NCBI GenBank assembly: GCA_964447495.1
Contig: CAYUTF010000086.1
Location: 1 to 13,926, forward strand
Source of the DNA: an uncultured archaeon
GTDB lineage: Archaea; Asgardarchaeota; Lokiarchaeia; Sigyniarchaeales; SOKP01
Direction of reading: 5' to 3'
Length of the DNA stretch: 13,926 bases
Shown: one piece after another, positions 1-6,937 of the stretch
How positions within the stretch are numbered: the first letter of the stretch is position 1
Layout: each line of letters starts with the position of its first letter
Notes under the pieces: model-generated
Seen by the model: the letters and a program-made list of their open reading frames with translations, nothing else
The model's database searches: none
What the model was told of the DNA's origin: nothing
Translations under genes and position numbers: made by a program

Positions 1-194
1 ATGGAACAATCATTTCGAACCTTTACAATAACTAAAACCGCTGATTTAAACGCTTTTGGCATTCTCGAAAGATTAAAGTAATTTTTTTGAGGATCATGTA
101 GGTATAATTCAAACTTGTCTGATTTCTTCAATTTATCGATTACGGAATCCATAACGTCATGATTTTGCCTCGCAGAGATAACAACTTTTTTCAT
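1..194 (-). CDS. 5' part (runs off the left edge) of a probable ATP-grasp enzyme, ITPK1/RimK-like
   Basis: Manual translation from ATG at 194, no stop to the edge: MKKVVISARQNHDVMDSVIDKLKKSDKFELYLHDPQKNYFNLSRMPKAFKSAVLVIVKVRNDCS. FNLSRMP...VLVIVKVRND resembles the ITPK1 N-terminal LNLSRP...DVIIHKLTD segment. Only 64 aa are visible, so the function is tentative. Confidence 0.55.
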   Translation of the reverse strand, partial: MKKVVISARQNHDVMDSVIDKLKKSDKFELYLHDPQKNYFNLSRMPKAFKSAVLVIVKVRNDCS

Positions 195-214
195 AATGCT
201 TTATTACTATTCTT

Positions 215-222
215 CTATAAAA
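215..222 (-). promoter_or_regulatory. Candidate archaeal TATA box for the leftward gene (leaderless geometry)
   Basis: TTTTATAG on the minus strand, 21-28 nt upstream of ATG 194, in the AT-rich divergent intergenic region 195-474. The AT-rich background weakens the call. Confidence 0.3.
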
Positions 223-474
223 TTAAATTATCTAAAATATTTGAAATTTCAACTTTTAATAAAGTTATATAAATAGTAAATCAGAAATAAGCTAACAAAA
301 AAGATTTTCCAAAATTGATGTAACGAATAATATCATCTTTTATTGTATCAGATTGGATATTATTAATTTATGTACCCAAGATATTTAGATGTGTTTATTG
401 ATTAGAATTAGCAGAATTCTTATAAAGTATAGAGATCAATTAAAATTTAATAATCTAAAAAAAGTTTATTTGAA

Positions 475-1767
475 ATGACTGAAGATAAAATAGAAGTTAA
501 AAAAGAACTTAAAGGATTTAGTCGATTTATTCTTATCCAGATCTTTATTATCGGTATCCTATGGCTCGCAGATACATTTTTCTATTTTTTTGAGCAGAAT
601 ATCTTTAATACATATGTAACAAATGTACTAAAATTCAGTGATTTATATGTGACCCTAATGGTTGGATTAAGTGCAGCAGTAGGTTTAATAATGAACTTTA
701 CATGGGGAATTATCAGTGATAATACTCGATCTAAATATGGAAGAAGAAGGCCATTTTTATTACTTTCTATTGTTGCAGGTCTCGGAATGATCCTAGCTGC
801 TTTCTCAAATAATTATCTACTTTTACTCATTTTTGATGTTTTAATAATTGGTATTACTGCAAATGCTGTTTCTGTTGCCTCACGTGCCCTTATTCCAGAT
901 GTAGCAAAGTTAGAGCAACGCGGAAGAGCAAACGGAATTGTCCAAGCGGTATCATATATAGGGTTAATTTTTGGATTAGTTATATTTTTACTGTTTCAAG
1001 ATGATTTAGGTTCGACCAATCAAACTATAGTGTTAGATACACATATTCTTGTATTGACAATCGGTGGAATAGTTTATTTGATCTCCGGAATCATTGGTTT
1101 TGCTTTAATTAAAGAGAAGCCAACCTCGGAATTACCTCCAAAAAAGAAGTTTACTACAGAGCTTAAGGAATTGGTTGATCTATCGCTTCTAAAAACCCAG
1201 AAAAATTTCTTCAAAGTGATTATCGCATCATCGGTATATCAAACAGGGATCGGTTGTGTTATGGCATTTCTTTTTCCATTGCTCACATCTACCACCTTTC
1301 CATTTGGAATGGCAGATTTACTTATCGCTATTGGAATTGGATTTATTCTTCTTATATTATGTGTTATATTTTTAGGAAGATTAGCTGACAAATATGGGAG
1401 GAAAAAATTCCTGCCATTAGTGATCTTGCTAATTTCTGTTGCCTTTTTATTCATACCTTTCTCTATTTATTCAGCAAATTTAATCTTATTTATAGCAGTA
1501 ACTCCTTTCTTATTAATTGGATTGCTTGGATTAAATACTGTAATTAATGCTTGGGCTCAAGACACTCTGCCAGAAGGTAAAAAAGGCCAATTCTATGGAA
1601 TCTTTAATATAACGTTAACTGTACCGCAGATAATTGGAGGAATTGTTGGAGGATTAGTGTCTGTTACGTTTGATCGACCATATATCTTTATTGCAGGAGC
1701 GATATTTTTCCTAATATCCATACCGTTGTTTTTAATGGTTAAAGAAACATTAAAAATAGAAAAATAA
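475..1767 (+). CDS. MFS transporter, sugar/glycoside-type (GPH/SLC45-like)
   Basis: 430 aa with about 12 hydrophobic segments. MFS motif A in both halves (WGIISDNTRSKYGRRRPF; GRLADKYGRKK), plus LIPDV..EQRGRANG and QDTLPEGKKGQFYG. Confidence 0.93.
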   Translation: MTEDKIEVKKELKGFSRFILIQIFIIGILWLADTFFYFFEQNIFNTYVTNVLKFSDLYVTLMVGLSAAVGLIMNFTWGIISDNTRSKYGRRRPFLLLSIVAGLGMILAAFSNNYLLLLIFDVLIIGITANAVSVASRALIPDVAKLEQRGRANGIVQAVSYIGLIFGLVIFLLFQDDLGSTNQTIVLDTHILVLTIGGIVYLISGIIGFALIKEKPTSELPPKKKFTTELKELVDLSLLKTQKNFFKVIIASSVYQTGIGCVMAFLFPLLTSTTFPFGMADLLIAIGIGFILLILCVIFLGRLADKYGRKKFLPLVILLISVAFLFIPFSIYSANLILFIAVTPFLLIGLLGLNTVINAWAQDTLPEGKKGQFYGIFNITLTVPQIIGGIVGGLVSVTFDRPYIFIAGAIFFLISIPLFLMVKETLKIEK

Positions 1768-1783
1768 TCAAATAAATTCTTAA

Positions 1784-1796
1784 TTTTTTTTCTTTT
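1784..1796 (+). terminator. Oligo-T tract, candidate archaeal terminator
   Basis: T8-C-T4 starting 17 nt after the MFS stop, in the gap between the convergent MFS and dehydrogenase genes. Confidence 0.4.
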
Positions 1797-1868
1797 ATAT
1801 ACATTTATATCCATGAAAAGAATCAGATATACCTAATTTTTTCTAAATAAAAAGGAGATAATGTTTAA

Positions 1869-2885
1869 TTACTTTTTCCTGTGGGGCTCGACAATAATTT
1901 TGATCCATTCTTGCCTATTATAATATTTAAATACATCAACAGCTTCTTCGAGAGTAATTCTTTTTGTAATCAAATTTTCAAAATCTAACTTTCGGGACGC
2001 AATCATATTAAGTGCTTCATTCCAGTAGTCCTTATCGAGTTTTGAATTAACCATAGCCTCAGGGTATATTAATTCCACTCCCTTCTTTCTACAGTTAACA
2101 TATGGAATATATTGCATCTTCTGGGCGCCGAAAACCACTACGCGAAATCCAGATTTTACTAAGTATATTGCATCTAATAGGGTTTCATTCTTTCCTACCA
2201 TCTCAAATACGGCATGCGCTTCTCCAAATTCTCTTTTTATCTGATTGAACACTGTTTCATTGCCATGAGTAGCTCTAGAGAATTCATTTGGATTAAAAAC
2301 TTTAGCACCCCATTTCTCTGCTAAATTTCTCTTATGATGAAATGGTTCCGAGCAAGCGACTTCAATTCCATTATTTAATAATATTTGAGTAAGTATTAAC
2401 CCAATTGGGCCCAAACCAATCACCACTGCTTTCTTTTCTCCATCGATTCGTTCAAATTCTGCTCTCTCAAAACAATTAATGGCACATCCTAGAGCATCCG
2501 CAAAAGAGATTTCATCTGTTGAAAGGTCATTTCTAACTATAGGTAGAGCTCCATATAACTCATCCTTGCCATGTCCCATAACGTTTACGTGAGTTGAGTA
2601 TTCTGCATATCCCTGTCCCATCCGTGCTAAGTGATCCCCTTCCGAGATGCCCTCAATATTTTTCCCTACTTCAACTGCGATAGCTCCAGTTTCATGACCA
2701 TGTCCTCCTGGTTCATGTGCAACAATCCAGTGTTCTCCTTCAAAGATTCCAACGTCACTTCCACATATTCCAACAGAATGTATTTCGGCAAGAACTTCAT
2801 TAGGTTTTGGTTTAGGGATATCTACTTCTATTATTTTTACATCCCAGGGTTCTGGAAAAATAAGAGCACGCATTTTTTCTTTCAT
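1869..2885 (-). CDS. Zn-dependent medium-chain dehydrogenase (sorbitol/threonine/polyol DH-like)
   Basis: Catalytic-Zn motifs GICGSD and GHE, Rossmann GLGPIG, acidic residue after the second beta strand (SEP, NAD-type), C-terminal KIIVEP. The four-Cys structural-Zn lobe is missing. Lies 21 nt downstream of the hydrolase gene, so probably co-transcribed. Confidence 0.9.
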   Translation of the reverse strand: MKEKMRALIFPEPWDVKIIEVDIPKPKPNEVLAEIHSVGICGSDVGIFEGEHWIVAHEPGGHGHETGAIAVEVGKNIEGISEGDHLARMGQGYAEYSTHVNVMGHGKDELYGALPIVRNDLSTDEISFADALGCAINCFERAEFERIDGEKKAVVIGLGPIGLILTQILLNNGIEVACSEPFHHKRNLAEKWGAKVFNPNEFSRATHGNETVFNQIKREFGEAHAVFEMVGKNETLLDAIYLVKSGFRVVVFGAQKMQYIPYVNCRKKGVELIYPEAMVNSKLDKDYWNEALNMIASRKLDFENLITKRITLEEAVDVFKYYNRQEWIKIIVEPHRKK

Positions 2886-2906
2886 ATTACTTTACCTATT
2901 GATGTT

Positions 2907-5702
2907 TTATCTCCCTCTAATTCCATCAATTAACTGTAATATAAGTTTATATAACCCTAATTTAGAAACTAAGCCTTCTCCTTTAACTTTCTCAGGTTTA
3001 TTTGGATCAAATTCTTTATTTATATCCTTTACCCATTCCATGTAGGACATATCCATTACATTTTCAACTTTATATTCTTCTTTGAGAGACTCTGCCATCT
3101 TGCTAAATATAGAATAGTTCTCAATTATTTTAGAGTCATTTTTTTTACCAATTATTACCAAAGGAGGAATGGAATAGTGGTCCGCAAAAGACTGGATTGC
3201 TTTAGGGGGCATATCTCCTTCGTATGGTGCAATAATGAGATCAAATTCTAGGGTTTTCCCACTATATGTTGGGGCTGTTGAACTTATTTGATGAACTTGA
3301 AATACCGGAGTAATCTTTGCTGCATGCCCTGATCCTTCTGTCCAATAATGCAGAAGATTTCCATAATAATTACCGAAAGGATTAATTCTAACTTGTTGTC
3401 CCTTCGTATAACCATCTCCGAAACCCTTATCTCTTATTTTTAATGGGGAAAATGCAAAATTTGCTGCTTTCAATGAGTTAAATCCAACAAGTAACCCCCA
3501 ATTTTTATCTGAAATAGCCATCCAACCATCTGAAATATTAGATACCAAACAGTCTATATTAGAATTTCTTGAATCTACTTCTCGCATATCCAGATTAAAG
3601 TAAGATACTTTGCCAAAAAAATTTTTCTTCCATATTTTCAAGGTTTCTTCATCTCCAATAAGGTTCGGTTTTATCTCACAGGGAATAATTTCTTGCCATC
3701 GCATATCATATCCTTCTTGAACAAAAGAGGTACCATCTTCGGCAGTATATAATCCTTTTATATCACAAACATTCATTACAACATTAACAAAAAGAATTGG
3801 ATTCTCAGAATAGAGTGTAACTATTTTTTCTACATGGACAATTGAATTAGGAACAATCTCAAAATCACTAATAATTTTAATAGATGCTGAGAAGCCATCA
3901 CTTCCATCTCGTAGTATGTCTACTTTGCTTTGTTTTGGAGCATATCTCTTTCCTTCTTTTGGTTTACCAAATGTTACAGCAGATTCTAGAAATTTGGGAC
4001 AAACTAATTCCCTTTCTTTGTATATAAATGATATAATATCGCCATTATGGTTTAGTTTTAAGGTGACAACTTCATTCTTGAGAAGTAAGGGATTAGCTTC
4101 GATTTTTCCTTTATCATTATCTGAATCTCTTAAGATTAAATCAGAAGTAAATATGTTATTATCTATAAATAGATTTTCTGGTATGAAACATTCAAGAAAC
4201 AAATTTTCATTAGATTGGTTTTGATAAATGCCACATTTTATATTTTTTAAATCTAATTTTTTATTTTGAGTAATTATATCCATTGAAATGTCATGAGGAA
4301 GTTCAGTTTTAATAAATAATGGTGTTTTTATGCCGCTTTTTTCTTGATCCGTAATGCCTCTATTTACTATTGGGACCACAGTCATGAAGTTATTATCTGT
4401 TTTAATTTCACTAAATTTTTTTGCATAAAATTCATTGATAGTTAACTGAAACGCTTTTTCAGCTGCTTTTTGAGCTTTTAACCCATAAGAGATAGCTGTT
4501 CGTTGTCGATTTGGATGTTGGTAAGGTACTGATAAGCCAAAATTGGTTGTTGACGCAAAAAGTAACTTATTTTTAATATATGACTCCGAAGTACTATTAG
4601 AATTTCGAAGTAATTTATTTATTTCAGCTTTTTTACTTTGGTTTAAATCTTTTGTAACAATCGTATCAGTAATACACTTAAACCATCTGGCTCTCTGTCC
4701 AATTGTCCAAAATTTTGTATTATCATACTTTTGAGCCCAATTATAGAACCCATTCCAAGTTCCATCTGCAGCATCAGGATATAATGTAGTTTCACCATGT
4801 ATCTCTAATTTAGGTATAATATCTAGCATATTCGCAAATTCAACATATTCTAGTTCATCAACTGCTTTTGCCAATTCATTTAAGCCTCCAGTTTTTGGCA
4901 TCCAACGTAAAAATTTAGGTAATTTATAACCAATCCATTCCTCAGAATCCATATCAAAATTAAAAAACAAGAGGGCATGGCCACTTATTTTACCTTGTTC
5001 TTGCATTTTTCTAATTAATTTGAACCATCTTTTTATTGAAAAGAAATCAATTATATCTCCAAAGTCATACATTGGTATCATAAGCATTGATGCATCTGAT
5101 ATTGAAGAATTGAACTTCACCAAGCCATACCTTTGATTTTCACTTAATCTAGGATTTAAGAATGCTCTCCCAACATCAAAAGAATATACGGAATAATATA
5201 GACAGAATCCTTCTACCCCTAATTGGTTGTAAAGTTCAATCATACCTGACGTAAACATTACTTCTTGAGTACGAGCATATGGCGCAATCCGTCCAGGAAA
5301 TAATTGTTTCATTCCGATGCCCATATCGTTTTCTAAAAACCATTTATAATCTTGGATAAATTCTTCTGTGTCTAAAATAGATTGTGCGGCATTAGCCCAC
5401 GAACCGATTAATACCTCATCTTTCCCCTTTTTACATCGTTCTATAACTCTATCAAGAACATCTTGTTGATATTCTTTTTGAAGTTGTATTGACCAAAATG
5501 TATCGGCATAATCCCATGTAACTTTCATATCTCGAAATGAATACCCAATTTCTTCGATTTCATCTAACTTGTCAAGAATGCCTCTCATAATTTTTAGATC
5601 TTTTCCAAAACCATTTGTCCCTCTCGAATCTCCACGATAAGAATGATAGTAATTAATATGGGGAGATATTATAAAATAGATTTTTTTTTCATCAATATTC
5701 AA
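2907..5702 (-). CDS. Large glycoside hydrolase/deacetylase-barrel protein, GH57/GH38-like
   Basis: 931 aa, TTG start with AAGGGA upstream. N-terminal HINYYHSYRGD...EVLIGSW...RTQE pattern fits the GH57/GH38 (beta/alpha)7 barrel. LKNEVVTLKLNHNGDIISF and VTLYSENPILFV resemble the GH38 C-terminal beta-supersandwich. No signal peptide. Confidence 0.65.
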   Translation of the reverse strand: MNIDEKKIYFIISPHINYYHSYRGDSRGTNGFGKDLKIMRGILDKLDEIEEIGYSFRDMKVTWDYADTFWSIQLQKEYQQDVLDRVIERCKKGKDEVLIGSWANAAQSILDTEEFIQDYKWFLENDMGIGMKQLFPGRIAPYARTQEVMFTSGMIELYNQLGVEGFCLYYSVYSFDVGRAFLNPRLSENQRYGLVKFNSSISDASMLMIPMYDFGDIIDFFSIKRWFKLIRKMQEQGKISGHALLFFNFDMDSEEWIGYKLPKFLRWMPKTGGLNELAKAVDELEYVEFANMLDIIPKLEIHGETTLYPDAADGTWNGFYNWAQKYDNTKFWTIGQRARWFKCITDTIVTKDLNQSKKAEINKLLRNSNSTSESYIKNKLLFASTTNFGLSVPYQHPNRQRTAISYGLKAQKAAEKAFQLTINEFYAKKFSEIKTDNNFMTVVPIVNRGITDQEKSGIKTPLFIKTELPHDISMDIITQNKKLDLKNIKCGIYQNQSNENLFLECFIPENLFIDNNIFTSDLILRDSDNDKGKIEANPLLLKNEVVTLKLNHNGDIISFIYKERELVCPKFLESAVTFGKPKEGKRYAPKQSKVDILRDGSDGFSASIKIISDFEIVPNSIVHVEKIVTLYSENPILFVNVVMNVCDIKGLYTAEDGTSFVQEGYDMRWQEIIPCEIKPNLIGDEETLKIWKKNFFGKVSYFNLDMREVDSRNSNIDCLVSNISDGWMAISDKNWGLLVGFNSLKAANFAFSPLKIRDKGFGDGYTKGQQVRINPFGNYYGNLLHYWTEGSGHAAKITPVFQVHQISSTAPTYSGKTLEFDLIIAPYEGDMPPKAIQSFADHYSIPPLVIIGKKNDSKIIENYSIFSKMAESLKEEYKVENVMDMSYMEWVKDINKEFDPNKPEKVKGEGLVSKLGLYKLILQLIDGIRGR

Positions 5703-5782
5703 TATATAATTCCCTTATCATACTAATTTGATAAAATATTTAATTCAAACTAAAAAATTTAGAATTTTAAATAACTTTTCTG

Positions 5783-6264
5783 TTATAAATAGGAAAAATA
5801 AAAAAATTTGGTTAATTCATTCGTTTTAATTTTCTTCAAGAGTAGAAGAATTGATACTGCTAAGATTCTTGCAATAATGAAACTTTCGTATCCAGGAACA
5901 AATTCTGGAGGCCCTGTAGAGGAGACAATAACTTGCATACAATTGACTAAACTTTCCCCTAAATTATTTGTGGCTACTACTATGAAATAATAAGTTCCAG
6001 GAGGTAGATCTTCAATTGAAAACAATAAAGTGCCAATTTCTCCAGCTAATAATGTGACATTGCCATCTATTGCGATTATGAAAGTTGATGATCGATATAC
6101 TGAATAGCTTTCAGCATTACTGGCGGCAGTCCATATTAAATTAAAGTCACCATCTTGCTCTGGAGATTCAGCGGTTGAGCTTAAAACTAAGTCGCCCGGT
6201 ATATAGCCAAGAATACAAAAAACCAGTTGTGCTAATAGAATAAATCAAAAAGAGTTTTAGACAT
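5783..6264 (-). pseudogene. Frameshifted or truncated surface protein: FN3-like domain plus Loki-CTERM-like sorting tail
   Basis: The 80-aa ORF frame stays open up to 6244: FILLAQLVFCILGYIPGDLVLSSTAESPEQDGDFNLIWTAASNAESYSVYRSS...LPPGTYYFIVVATNNLGES...VPGY-TM-KKIK. No in-frame ATG precedes the domain. The ATG at 6264 (MSKTLFD) is one base out of frame. Confidence 0.65.
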
Positions 6265-6290
6265 CCAGACTTAAAACTTTTTCTATAATT

Positions 6291-6317
6291 TAAAATGATT
6301 TAAATAGTATCATTTTA
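6291..6317. repeat. Perfect 9-bp inverted repeat with 9-nt spacer
   Basis: TAAAATGAT-ttaaatagt-ATCATTTTA, just upstream of the surface-protein gene. Confidence 0.45.
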
Positions 6318-6364
6318 TTATACAAAATATTATGGCGAAGTTAATCAAAGTGTCTAATACTGCT

Positions 6365-6487
6365 TTATTTATAATCTAACTCGTATAGAGGACAAAGCCA
6401 ACCATATTGAGAATAATAAGTCAAATTCCGCTAATGATCAGTGCAAATTATACAGTTTATCAGGTATTTGCGGCGGGTTTCGGTTAA
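6365..6487 (-). pseudogene. Degenerate paralog of the Zn-ribbon C-terminus of 6533..6898
   Basis: Translates LTETRRKYLINCIICTDH*RNLTYYSQYGWLCPLYELDYK* against LTETRHKYPINCIVCGDRMHDLFYYPQYGWICSLCKVDYE (24/40 identical). In-frame TAG at 6431-6433, fourth Cys changed to Tyr, no start codon. Confidence 0.9.
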
Positions 6488-6666
6488 CAACTATGAAAAG
6501 CTAAAAAGCAACCACTTGTTAAATTAAAAAAACTATGAAGAAGATCCTTCATAATCTACCTTGCATAATGAACATATCCATCCATACTGAGGATAATAGA
6601 ATAAATCATGCATACGATCCCCGCAAACAATGCAGTTTATTGGATATTTATGGCGGGTTTCAGTTA
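6371..6666. repeat. Diverged direct repeat, 6371-6486 versus 6551-6666
   Basis: Ungapped alignment at offset 180; 83/116 nt identical (about 72%) by hand count. Confidence 0.9.
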
Positions 6667-6898
6667 GGCGCTCCTCTTCTCTTACTAAAGGTTCTCTCAG
6701 CTCCATTCTCTGACATGGAGTAAATTCAGTGTTTTCATTTATCATACGCCACTTTTGATTTACCCTTTCTATTCGAGAATCATACTCTAACCTTAACAAA
6801 GTTCTTAACTCATACCTAATTTTTCGCAACTTTTCACTCCTAAGACCTTGAATCGCTTGTTTATTCTTTATCATATCCCTAAGCACCATACCTATCAT
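6533..6898 (-). CDS. Small basic helical protein with C-terminal C4 zinc ribbon; candidate immunity protein
   Basis: 121 aa with CIVC-x16-CSLC, starting 39 nt after the stop of the large ORF on the same strand. The start could instead be 6889 or 6874. The immunity role is inferred from position only. Confidence 0.75.
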   Translation of the reverse strand: MIGMVLRDMIKNKQAIQGLRSEKLRKIRYELRTLLRLEYDSRIERVNQKWRMINENTEFTPCQRMELREPLVREEERLTETRHKYPINCIVCGDRMHDLFYYPQYGWICSLCKVDYEGSSS

Positions 6899-6937
6899 AA
6901 AGAATTTTATGTTTTTAAATGTATACGGTATCCAAAA

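Noticed and set aside
1239-4734. Short ORFs 1239-1454, 1593-1814, 2631-2933, 3916-4224 and 4543-4734
   Set aside because: Antisense shadows of well-supported genes, with no motifs.
6371-6666. Repeat pair as a DGR template/variable repeat
   Set aside because: Mismatches involve all four bases rather than only adenines, many are synonymous, and there is no reverse transcriptase in the window.
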